A stretch of 47,562 nt of DNA, from NCBI GenBank assembly GCA_036381125.1, contig DASVDK010000070.1, positions 1 through 47,562 of the forward strand, in the 5' to 3' direction. The stretch's first letter is position 1. Each line of letters opens with the position of its first letter. The notes below the pieces were generated by a model, which searched no databases, was not told the DNA's origin, and was given only the letters and a program-made list of their open reading frames with translations. Source of the stretch: Thermodesulfobacteriota bacterium. Its GTDB lineage: Bacteria > DASVDK01. This document shows, in pieces, positions 20,122 to 28,437 of this stretch. The position numbers and the translations under genes were made by a program.

Positions 20122-21081
20122 ATGGCATTGCTCACACCCGAAGACCTGAACCGACGACCGGTCCGGGTCATCACGCACAACGCCTGCCTCGACGGCTCCG
20201 CCGCGGCGGCCCTGGTACGGCTCGCCCTGCCGGGCGGACCGTTCGAGGTGCACTTCGCCGAGCACCCGGAGATCCCCGACCTCCTCGCGAAGGCCCATCC
20301 GGGCGGGCTCCTCTTCTTCCTCGACCTCTCGACGCCCGACCCGGCCGGCCTGGCGCGCCTGGCCGAGCTGAACGCGAAGGGGACGCGGGTGATCTGGCTC
20401 GACCACCACCAGAGCGCCATCCCCCTCCGCTCGAAGGTGCCGGGGCCGCTCTTCCACGTGGAGCTGGTCGAGGGGGTCTCGGCGACGCGCCTCACGTTCG
20501 ACTACCTGCGCCAGGTAGTCCCGTCGCTCGAGTCGGCCCGGGTCCTGGCGGACCTCGCCGACGACCGCGACCTCTGGCGCAACACCGATCCGCGCAGCGA
20601 GGCGCTCTCCGACGCCATCGGGCTCCTCGGCAGCGAGGCGACGTTCGACGACCTCTGCGAGATGCCGGCGCTCGGCCGCGTCCCGGACCGGCTCGCCCAG
20701 GCGGCGGCCAAGGCGCAGGCACGGAAGCAGGAGGCGATCGCCCAGGCGAAGGCCGGGCTCGTCGTGCGGCCGGTCGACGGCAGCGGCATCGAGGTCGCCG
20801 TCGCGCCGTGCGACCGCTACGCGAGCGACGTGGGGCACGCCCTCGGCGCGCCGAACCGTCTCGTCGTGCTCGCGTCGCCCGCGCGCAAGCGGTTCTCGAT
20901 GCGCGGGCCCGGCGACCCGCCGCTCAACGCCGCCACGCTCACGGCGCGGCTCGGCGGCGGCGGCCACCCGCAGGCGGCCGGCGCCCCCTGGCCGAACCCG
21001 ACGACGCTCGAGGACCTCGCGGACACCATCGTCGCGCTGGTGCGCGAGGAGATGGCGCGCGACGGCTCCACCGGCACGTAG
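20122..21081 (+). CDS. DHH/DHHA1 phosphoesterase (NrnB-like nano-RNase)
   Basis: THNACLDG, FLDL, WLDHH, ADDRDLW, GGGGHPQAAG; SD AGAGG; -10 TATACT at 20088-20093. Confidence 0.85.
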   Translation: MALLTPEDLNRRPVRVITHNACLDGSAAAALVRLALPGGPFEVHFAEHPEIPDLLAKAHPGGLLFFLDLSTPDPAGLARLAELNAKGTRVIWLDHHQSAIPLRSKVPGPLFHVELVEGVSATRLTFDYLRQVVPSLESARVLADLADDRDLWRNTDPRSEALSDAIGLLGSEATFDDLCEMPALGRVPDRLAQAAAKAQARKQEAIAQAKAGLVVRPVDGSGIEVAVAPCDRYASDVGHALGAPNRLVVLASPARKRFSMRGPGDPPLNAATLTARLGGGGHPQAAGAPWPNPTTLEDLADTIVALVREEMARDGSTGT

Positions 21082-21240
21082 CGGGCTGCGCCCCCGCGAA
21101 CCGGGGCCCGGGCGTCGGCCCGGAGCGCCGTGACGCGTGTCCCCGGGCGGCGCCTGGGGACTGGGGCCGATCACGTGGCCGCGCGAGCGCATCTACACCG
21201 TGCTCGGCCTCGTCGATGCCGAGCGCACAGGAGGACAGCG

Positions 21241-22407
21241 ATGGAGCGGTTCACGGGCGTCGACTACTACGCGCTCGACGCGCTGCTGGGCGACGAGGAG
21301 CGGCTGGTCCGCGACACGGTCCGGGCGTTCGTGGAGGCCGAGGTGCTCCCCGTCATCGAGCAGGCCACGCGGGAGGCGACGTTCCCGCGGCCGCTGGTGA
21401 AGAAGATGGCCGAGCTGGGCCTCTTCGGCGCGAACCTGACCGGCTACGGGCTGCCCGGCCTGTCGAACGTCGCCTACGGCCTCATCATGCAGGAGCTGGA
21501 GCGGGGCGACAGCGGCGTGCGGTCGTTCGCGTCGGTGCAGGGCGCCCTCGTGATGTACCCGATCCACCGCTACGGCTCGGAGGCGCAGAAGCAGCGGTGG
21601 CTGCCGGCGCTCGCCTCCGGCGAGGCCATCGGCTGCTTCGGGCTGACCGAGCCCGACTTCGGCTCGAACCCGGCCGGCATGCGCACCCGCGCGCAGCGCG
21701 ACGGCCAGGGCTGGGTGCTCAACGGGACGAAGCGCTGGATCACCAACGGCAGCCTGGCCGACGTGGCGGTGGTCTGGGCGCGGGCGGACGAGGGGATCCT
21801 CGGCTTCCTCGTCGAGCGGGGGACGAAGGGGTTCTCGACGGTCGAGATGACGGGGAAGTGGAGCCTCCGGGCCTCGGTGACGAGCGAGCTGATCCTCGAG
21901 GAGGTGCGCGTGCCCGACAGCGCGCGGCTGCCCGAGGCCCAGGGGCTGCGGGCGCCGCTGTCGTGCCTGACGCAGGCGCGCTACGGCATCGCCTGGGGGG
22001 CGATCGGTGCGGCGATGGCCTGCTACCACACCGCGCTCGAGTACGCGAAGAGCCGCGTGCAGTTCGAGCGGCCCATCGCCGGCTACCAGCTCGTGCAGCA
22101 GAAGCTGGTGGAGATGCTGACGGGGATCACGACGAGCCAGCTCCTCGCCTTCCGGCTCGGTCAGCTCAAGGACCAGGGGCGGCTCACGCCGCAGCAGGTG
22201 TCGATGGCCAAGCGGCACAACGTGGCGCACGCGCTCTGGACGGCCCGCGCGGCGCGGGACATCCTCGGCGCCAACGGGATCGTCGACGAGTACCCGGTGT
22301 TCCGCCACCTCGCGAACCTCGAGACGGTCTACACCTACGAGGGGACGCACGACATCCACACCCTGATCCTCGGACAGGACATCACGGGCCTCAACGCCTT
22401 CAGCTAG
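21241..22407 (+). CDS. gcdH: Glutaryl-CoA dehydrogenase-like acyl-CoA dehydrogenase
   Basis: YGLIMQELERGDSGVRS, GCFGLTEPDFGSNP, ARYGIAWG, NLETVYTYEGTHDIHTLILG; SD AGGAGG. Confidence 0.88.
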   Translation: MERFTGVDYYALDALLGDEERLVRDTVRAFVEAEVLPVIEQATREATFPRPLVKKMAELGLFGANLTGYGLPGLSNVAYGLIMQELERGDSGVRSFASVQGALVMYPIHRYGSEAQKQRWLPALASGEAIGCFGLTEPDFGSNPAGMRTRAQRDGQGWVLNGTKRWITNGSLADVAVVWARADEGILGFLVERGTKGFSTVEMTGKWSLRASVTSELILEEVRVPDSARLPEAQGLRAPLSCLTQARYGIAWGAIGAAMACYHTALEYAKSRVQFERPIAGYQLVQQKLVEMLTGITTSQLLAFRLGQLKDQGRLTPQQVSMAKRHNVAHALWTARAARDILGANGIVDEYPVFRHLANLETVYTYEGTHDIHTLILGQDITGLNAFS

Positions 22408-22413
22408 GAGACC

Positions 22414-23391
22414 ATGGCAGACTCCCTCGCCCGCGCCATCGCGGCGGGCGGCCGCCTGCGCGGGATCGCCGCCGTCACCACCGACACCGTCGACGAGGCG
22501 CGACGCCGCCACGGGACCTACCCCGTCGCCAGCGCCGCCCTCGGCCGCGCCCTCACCGCCGCGCTCCTCCTCGGCTCGACGCTCAAGGGGGACGAGCGGG
22601 TGAGCCTGCAGTTCAACGGGAGCGGTCCCCTGCGGGAGGTGTACGCCGAGGCCGACGCGCAGGGGCGCGTCCGCGGCTACGTGCGGCGGCCGGAGGTCGT
22701 CCTGCCGCCCCGCAACGGCAAGCTCGACGTGGGGGGAGCGCTCGGCGCGACCGGGACCCTCCAGGTCATGCGCTGGTCGCCCGGCGCGCAGCCCTACCAC
22801 GGCGTGGTCCCGCTCGTCTCGGGCGAGATCGCCGAGGACCTCGCCTCCTACCTCACGGTGTCCGACCAGATCCCGTCGGTCGTGGCGCTCGGCGTCTTCG
22901 TGGAGCCCGACGGCCGCGTCTCGGCGGCCGGCGGGTTCATGGTCCAGCGGATGCCGCTCGAGGGGGCGCACGCGTGGAACGGCGACGCCGACGCGCCGCT
23001 CTCGGCCGAGGAGTCGCGGATCATCGAGCGCGTCGAGCAGAACCTCGCGCCGCTGCCGGGCGTGAGCGCGCTGGTGCGCGGGGGCGCGACGCCGCGGGCG
23101 CTCCTAGACACGGCGCTTGCGGGGCTCGAGCCTCAGGTCGTGGCCGAGGGACCGGTCGAGTTCTTCTGCCCCTGCTCCCAGGAGCGGGTCATCCGGACGC
23201 TGGTCACGCTCGGCCCGGACGACCTCGAGGGGCTCGCACGCGACCACCGCGGCACGACCGCCACCTGCCACTTCTGTAACACCGACTATCGTTTCGAGGC
23301 CGACGAGCTCTTCCGCCTGGCGGCCGATATCCGTGCCGGACGGGAGCCGGTGCGGAGCGCCCCCCGCCCGAACGGCGCCGCGGCTCACTAG
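22414..23391 (+). CDS. hslO: Hsp33 redox-regulated chaperone
   Basis: AALGRALTA, GSGPL, LVSGEIAEDLASYL…SDQIPS, AAGGFMVQ, redox switch CPC…CHFC. Confidence 0.95.
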   Translation: MADSLARAIAAGGRLRGIAAVTTDTVDEARRRHGTYPVASAALGRALTAALLLGSTLKGDERVSLQFNGSGPLREVYAEADAQGRVRGYVRRPEVVLPPRNGKLDVGGALGATGTLQVMRWSPGAQPYHGVVPLVSGEIAEDLASYLTVSDQIPSVVALGVFVEPDGRVSAAGGFMVQRMPLEGAHAWNGDADAPLSAEESRIIERVEQNLAPLPGVSALVRGGATPRALLDTALAGLEPQVVAEGPVEFFCPCSQERVIRTLVTLGPDDLEGLARDHRGTTATCHFCNTDYRFEADELFRLAADIRAGREPVRSAPRPNGAAAH

Positions 23392-23553
23392 GACGGATCC
23401 CGAGCCGGGTGAGGCGCGGGGCGGGTCGGGTCGGATCCCGAGGCGTGCCCGTCTGGAAAATGGAAAGACCTGACCCCCTGGAAAACGAGTGGGGTCAGAC
23501 CCCCTGGAAAACGGAAAGACCTGACCCCCTGGAAAATGGAAAGACCTGACCCC
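23392..23553 (-). repeat. Four-unit 100-bp cassette (23454-23553) plus GC-rich tail (23392-23453) of the dispersed element, minus orientation
   Basis: Minus strand reads A(a)-A(g)-B-A(a), with B = gggggtctgaccccactcgttttcca. It differs from 30764-30863 at one position. Confidence 0.95.
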
Positions 23554-23613
23554 GTGGAGTACTGGTCGGCATCCTGATCTCGTCCATGTTCCCGGTCCCG
23601 TCGAGGATGCTCC

Positions 23614-26112
23614 TCATTCCACGACCACTGCGGCGAGCGGGCGCGAGAAGACCCGGCGCTGGACCGCCTCGACCTCCGCGGGCGTGACCGAGTCGAGGAG
23701 GTCGGCCACGTCTCCCCGGAAGGCGGCGACGCCGAGGTAGTAGGCGCGCGTCGCGGAGGCGAGCTGGCGCGAGGCGAGCCGCCCGCGGATGGCGGCCGCC
23801 CGCCGACGGACGTCCTCCGGCGTGACCGTCGCGGTCGCGCGGCCGGCGACGAGCCGCCGGACCTCGTCGAGGGCGCGATCGACCGAGTCGGGCGCCGTGC
23901 CGAGGCCGGCGGTGACGACGGCGTAGGGCCCCACGAACGCGACGTCGGCGCCGACCGCGTAGGCGAGACCCTGGTCGTCGCGCAGCGACGAGAAGAGCGA
24001 CGCCCCGAGGAGCCCCACGGCGATGCGGAGGGCGGCGCGCTCGCGCGGAGCGCCGGCCTCGGCGACCAGGCCGACGGCGACGTATCCCTGGCCCGTGCCG
24101 AGCGTGACGCGCCACGGCTCACCCGACGGGTCGGACGCGGGCGTCGGCGTGGCGAGCGCCGGTCCCTGGCCGGCGGCGAGCCGGCCGAACGTCCGCTCGG
24201 CCATCGCGACGAGCCGCTCGGCAGGCTCGGGGCCGACGAGCGAGAGGATCAGGTTCGACGGCGCGAAGTACCGACGGTGGAACGCCGCGAGCGCCTCGGG
24301 CGTGGCCCGGGCGAAGGTCGCCGCGTGCCCGGCGGGCGGCGTGCCGGGTGGGCCCTCGAAGAGCCGGGCCCAGAGGCGGTCCTCGGCGAGCGTGCGCGGC
24401 GTGGTCGCGCGGAAGTCGGCCACGGCCGCGGTCTCCGAGCGGGCCCGCGCGATCGCCTGCGGCTCCTCCGGCGGCGAGGCCACGGCGCTCGCGAGCCGTG
24501 CGAGGGCGGCCTCGGCCTGGTCGGGCAGCGCCTCGAGCCGCACGCCCGAGAAGTCCCGGGCGAAGTACCAGTCGCCGAACGGCTCGCGCGGGTCGTCGGC
24601 GACGGTGACCTCCGCGCCGAGCGCGGCCAGGTCGCGGGCGAGGCCGCGTTCGAGCAGGGCGCGGTGCAGGATCTCCGCGGCGCCGGGCAGCTCCGGAGGC
24701 TCGGCGAGCAGGCGGCCCTTCGCGAGCAGGTGCGCGGCGACGAGCGGCGCGGACGGCCGGGTCTCGGCCAGCACCGTGAGGCCGTTGGCCAGGCGCGAAC
24801 TGTGCGCGGCGCCCGCCGCCTCGCGCGCCGGCGACGGCGATGGTGCGGCCGGCGGAGCCGAAGAGGCCTCCCCGCCCGGCACGAGCGCCACGTACCCGCC
24901 GTCGAGGATCCGGGCAAGCGACGCGCGGAGCGCGTCGGGCGTCGGAGCGGCCGGCTCGGCCAGGACCAGGTCCGGCCGACCGGCCACGAGGAGCGGCGCG
25001 GCCCACATCGCGAAGTAGTGGATGCGCTCGGCGAGGCGCGCCGCCTCGAGGCCGGCGTGGCGCGCCGCCCGGTGCGCGATCTCGGGCGTGATCGCCGCCG
25101 GGTCGGTGGCGAGGCGCCGCAGGGCGTCCACGATCGAGGCGACCCGGCCGTCCGGATCGGCCGCCGCCCCGGCCGGCGCGCGGACCTCGAGCGAGGCCAC
25201 GCCGCCGTCGGTGGCGAGCGTGACCGAGGCCTCCAGGTGCCGCGGCAGCGGCGAGGCCGGACCGCCGAGCAGGGCGCCCAGGGCGAGCACGTCCGCGAAG
25301 GCCGGATCGGTCGGCGGCGGCGCGAGGAAGCCGACCCGGACGGTGCCGTCGGTCGCCCCGCGCACCACGGCGCCGCCGGGCGGCAGCCGGGGCGCCGGCG
25401 GCGGCGCGGCCGGCCGGTCGCCCGACCGCGGGAGCGCCCCGAAGGCGTCGCGCACCGCGTCCGTCATCTCGCGCGCGCTCGCCCCGCCGACGGCCAGGAC
25501 GAGCATGTTGTCCGGCGTGTAGTGCGTGCGGTAGAAGCGCTGGAGGTCGTCGAGCGCGATCGCCCGGATCGAGTGCTCGGTCCCGAGGACCGGGTCGGCA
25601 TAGGGCGTGCCCGCGAAGCGCGCCGCGCGGAACCGGACCTCCTCCGCGTAGCCGGGCCGGCCCCGCGCCTGTCGCAGCTCCTCGAGGACCACCGCCTTCA
25701 CGCCGGCCAGCGCGTCGGGGGAGAGCCGGGCGCCCGAGAGGAGCTCGGCGAGGAGCCGCGCCATGGCCGGCAGCTCCGCCGGCGGCCCCATGAGCAGGTA
25801 TCCGGTGAAGTCGTCGCGCGTGAAGCCGTTCAGGTAGCCGCCGATGCCGTAGACCCAGCGGAAGATGGCGTCGCGGCCCCGCGCTTCGGTCCCCTCGAAC
25901 ACGAGGTGCTCGAGGAGGTGCGCGGCGCCCGCCGTGGCGGCGGTCTCGTGCCGGCTGCCGGCCCTGACCGCGACGAGGAGCGCCGCGAGCGGGCTCCCCT
26001 CGCGCGGCACGACGAGCGCCTCGACTCCGTTGTCGAGCCGGATGCGATGGGTGAGATCGACCGGAGCCGCGGCGACCGAGAGGCAGGCGAGGAGCAACAC
26101 CAGAGCGCGCAT
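23614..26112 (-). CDS. Secreted M16 family zinc protease (pitrilysin/PqqL-like, tandem M16 domains)
   Basis: Signal peptide MRALVLLLACLSVAAA; LDNG, GSRHE, AHLLEHLVF (HxxEH), FYRTHYTPDN; second module LANG…FHRRYFAPSN…LRDDQGLAY. Confidence 0.9.
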   Translation of the reverse strand: MRALVLLLACLSVAAAPVDLTHRIRLDNGVEALVVPREGSPLAALLVAVRAGSRHETAATAGAAHLLEHLVFEGTEARGRDAIFRWVYGIGGYLNGFTRDDFTGYLLMGPPAELPAMARLLAELLSGARLSPDALAGVKAVVLEELRQARGRPGYAEEVRFRAARFAGTPYADPVLGTEHSIRAIALDDLQRFYRTHYTPDNMLVLAVGGASAREMTDAVRDAFGALPRSGDRPAAPPPAPRLPPGGAVVRGATDGTVRVGFLAPPPTDPAFADVLALGALLGGPASPLPRHLEASVTLATDGGVASLEVRAPAGAAADPDGRVASIVDALRRLATDPAAITPEIAHRAARHAGLEAARLAERIHYFAMWAAPLLVAGRPDLVLAEPAAPTPDALRASLARILDGGYVALVPGGEASSAPPAAPSPSPAREAAGAAHSSRLANGLTVLAETRPSAPLVAAHLLAKGRLLAEPPELPGAAEILHRALLERGLARDLAALGAEVTVADDPREPFGDWYFARDFSGVRLEALPDQAEAALARLASAVASPPEEPQAIARARSETAAVADFRATTPRTLAEDRLWARLFEGPPGTPPAGHAATFARATPEALAAFHRRYFAPSNLILSLVGPEPAERLVAMAERTFGRLAAGQGPALATPTPASDPSGEPWRVTLGTGQGYVAVGLVAEAGAPRERAALRIAVGLLGASLFSSLRDDQGLAYAVGADVAFVGPYAVVTAGLGTAPDSVDRALDEVRRLVAGRATATVTPEDVRRRAAAIRGRLASRQLASATRAYYLGVAAFRGDVADLLDSVTPAEVEAVQRRVFSRPLAAVVVE

Positions 26113-26163
26113 GCGAGAAGCCTAGCAATTGACACGTCCGGCGGGGCGGTGTATAGGGGCGCG
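26113..26163. promoter_or_regulatory. Divergent leaderless promoters for M16 protease (-) and REC-PilZ (+)
   Basis: Minus: TAGGCT(26119-26124)-N6-ATG 26112. Plus: TTGACA 26129-26134, 17 bp, TATAGG 26152-26157, N6, ATG 26164. Confidence 0.6.
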
Positions 26164-26871
26164 ATGTTGCGGCTCGTCCTCTTCGACCCGGACCTGCGCG
26201 CCATGCTCGCGCGGGAGCGGATCTTCCAGCACCAGTCGGGTTGTCGGATCGTGCAGGCGGACGGGCCGGACGACCTCGTGCGCCTCGCCCGAGGCGGACG
26301 CCCGCACGTCGTCATCGCCGACGCCGATCTCCTCGCCGCGGACCTCGAGCCCACCCTCGCGCAGCTCAAGCGGAGCGCGCCGCTCAGGGGCACCCCGGTC
26401 TTCGTCACCGCGGCGCCCAGGCCGGCGGCCGAGGATCGCCTCGTCAGGGCGGGCGCCGATGCGGTGCTCTGGAAACCGGTCGGCAAGCAGCGGTTCTACG
26501 ACCTCATCAGGGCCGCGGCGAGCGCGGTGAAGATGGAGATCCGCGTGCCGGCCGGCGTCGAGGTCGCCTTCACCGTGGGCAACCGCGAGCGGAGCGGCCG
26601 CGTGGCCAACCTCTCCAGGGGGGGCCTCTACCTCGAGACCGACAACCCGAGCCCGGTCGGCACCAAGCTCACGATCCGCTTCGCGCTCCCCGCCTTCTCG
26701 AACACCATCCACGCCAACGGGATCGTCACCTGGCTGAACGACGCGCCGACCGCCCGGGCGACGCAGGTGCCGAAGGGCATGGGCATCAAGTTCGTCGAGA
26801 CCCCGCTCGTGTCCCAGAAGACGATCGCGCTGTACGTGATGCTGTCGAAGGACGTCGTGCGGATCACCTGA
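26164..26871 (+). CDS. Atypical receiver domain plus PilZ-type domain protein
   Basis: REC-like N-terminus (PHVVIAD…TPVFVT…AGADAVLWKP) and PilZ C-terminus (KMEIRVP…NLSRGGLYL…F-x-LP…VTW…GMGIKF). Confidence 0.82.
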   Translation: MLRLVLFDPDLRAMLARERIFQHQSGCRIVQADGPDDLVRLARGGRPHVVIADADLLAADLEPTLAQLKRSAPLRGTPVFVTAAPRPAAEDRLVRAGADAVLWKPVGKQRFYDLIRAAASAVKMEIRVPAGVEVAFTVGNRERSGRVANLSRGGLYLETDNPSPVGTKLTIRFALPAFSNTIHANGIVTWLNDAPTARATQVPKGMGIKFVETPLVSQKTIALYVMLSKDVVRIT

Positions 26872-26948
26872 GGCCGGTGAGACGGCCCGGGCGCCGCGCG
26901 ACGAGCATCGTGGCACGCCATCGCGAAACGTGGCAGACTTCTCGAGTC

Positions 26949-27116
26949 GTGGCAGACGTGCTCGACCAGGCCGAGGTCCGCATGGGGCGCAGCCGCCTCG
27001 TGATCCCCGCGCCCGTACGGAAGGCCCCGGGCCTCTCCACCGGGCTGCCGGTGCTCACGACGGACCGGGCCTGGCGCGACGTCCGCGTGGGCGTCGCCAT
27101 CCGGGTCGTGCGGTGA
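26949..27116 (+). pseudogene. In-frame fusion relic of an AbrB/MazE antitoxin N-terminus and a PIN/VapC toxin C-terminus
   Basis: 55 aa: …VRMGRSRLVIPAPVRKAPGL (AbrB swapped-hairpin start) joined to GLPVLTTDRAWRDVRVGVAIRVVR* (VapC end). Confidence 0.7.
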
Positions 27117-27123
27117 CCGGCGG

Positions 27124-27138
27124 TACAATTCGCGCATG
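27124..27138 (+). promoter_or_regulatory. -10 TACAAT 6 nt before the thiolase ATG (leaderless)
   Basis: TACAAT 27124-27129, TCGCGC, ATG 27136; no SD. Confidence 0.65.
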
Positions 27139-28437
27139 ACGACGCATGGCACGCCTCGCCCCGTCGTGATCGTCGAGGGCGTCCGCACCCCCTTTGCCAA
27201 GGCCGGCACCGCCCTCGAGACGGTCCCCGCGCAGGAACTCGGCCGGATCGTGGTCCGCGAGCTGCTCGAGCGGACCGAGCTCGACCCGACGGTCGTGGAC
27301 GAGACCATCATCGGCAACGTCGGCCAGCCGATGGACGCGACCAACATCGCGCGGGTCGTCGCGCTCGAGGCGGGCATCCCGAAGGAGCGTCCGGCCCATA
27401 CCGTCCAGCGCAACTGCGCCTCCGGGCTCGAGGCCATCGCCGAGGCCTACCAGAAGGTGCGCTACGGCGAGGCGGACGTGATCGTGGCGGGCGGCACCGA
27501 ATCGATGAGCCAGATCCCGCTCATCGTCTCGCGCGGCCTGACCGACGTGTACGCGGGCCTGTTCCGGGCGAGGACGGTGGGGCAGAAGGCGCAGGCGGTG
27601 CTCCGGTTCCGGCCGAAGGACCTCAAGCCGGTCGTCGCCCTGGCCGAGGGGCTCAAGGACCCGGTCTGCGGGCTCAGCATGGGCGAGACGGCCGAGCTCC
27701 TCGCGCGCGAGTTCCGCATCTCGCGCGAGGCGCAGGACCGCTTCGCGCTCCGCTCGCACCAGCGGGCCGTTGCCGCGAAGGCGCGGCTCGCCGAGGAGAT
27801 CGTCCCGGTCTTCCCCCCGCCCGACTACGGCACGGCGGTCGCCGAGGACGTCGGGCCGCGCGCCAACCAGACGCTCGACCAGCTCGCGAAGCTCAAGCCG
27901 TTCTTCGACCGCGAGCACGGAACCGTCACGGTCGGCAACGCCTGCCCGGTCACCGACGGCGCGGCGGCCCTCCTCGTCATGAGCGAGGAGCGGGCGCGCG
28001 CCATGGGCTACCGGCCGCTCGGGCGGATCCGTTCGGTCGGCTTCGCCGGCATCGAGCCGGAGCGGATGGGCCTGGGGCCGGCGCTCGCCACGCCCGTCGC
28101 CCTCGGACGGGCCGGGGTCGCGCTGGCCGACCTCTCGCTGGTGGAGATCAACGAGGCCTTCGCCGCCCAGGTGCTGGCCTGTCTCGACGCCATGGCGTCG
28201 CCCGCCTTCTACGAGGCGCGCACCGGGCGGGCGCAGGCCGTGGGACGGATCGACGAGGAGCGCCTGAACGTGAACGGCGGCGCCATCGCCCTCGGGCACC
28301 CGGTGGGTGCCTCCGGGGCGCGAATCACGCTCACCCTCCTGAAGGAGCTCGCGCGCCGCGGCGGCGGGCTCGGCCTCGCCACCCTCTGCGTGGGCGGCGG
28401 TCAGGGGGGTGCGATCGTCGTCGAGGTGGACGGGTGA
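27136..28437 (+). CDS. fadI: 3-ketoacyl-CoA thiolase (FadI-like)
   Basis: GVRTPF, TVQRNCASG, GGTESMS, EINEAFAAQ, NVNGGAIALGHPVGASG, LCVGGGQG; coupled to a FadJ-like gene. Confidence 0.85.
   Translation: MTTHGTPRPVVIVEGVRTPFAKAGTALETVPAQELGRIVVRELLERTELDPTVVDETIIGNVGQPMDATNIARVVALEAGIPKERPAHTVQRNCASGLEAIAEAYQKVRYGEADVIVAGGTESMSQIPLIVSRGLTDVYAGLFRARTVGQKAQAVLRFRPKDLKPVVALAEGLKDPVCGLSMGETAELLAREFRISREAQDRFALRSHQRAVAAKARLAEEIVPVFPPPDYGTAVAEDVGPRANQTLDQLAKLKPFFDREHGTVTVGNACPVTDGAAALLVMSEERARAMGYRPLGRIRSVGFAGIEPERMGLGPALATPVALGRAGVALADLSLVEINEAFAAQVLACLDAMASPAFYEARTGRAQAVGRIDEERLNVNGGAIALGHPVGASGARITLTLLKELARRGGGLGLATLCVGGGQGGAIVVEVDG

Noticed and set aside
21137-21240. Protein-like stretch ITWPRERIYTVLGL upstream of gcdH as another gene relic
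   Set aside because: Too short to assign to a family; it overlaps a hairpin next to the gcdH SD and may be a simple UTR.
23454-23553. 25-bp arrays (also 30763-30863) as CRISPR arrays
   Set aside because: Units abut with no unique spacers, the same cassette recurs at two loci, and there are no cas genes or leader.
24277-26163. N-terminal 630 aa of the 864-aa ORF ending at 26871
   Set aside because: Antisense shadow of the M16 protease; the real gene starts at 26164 behind TTGACA-17-TATAGG.
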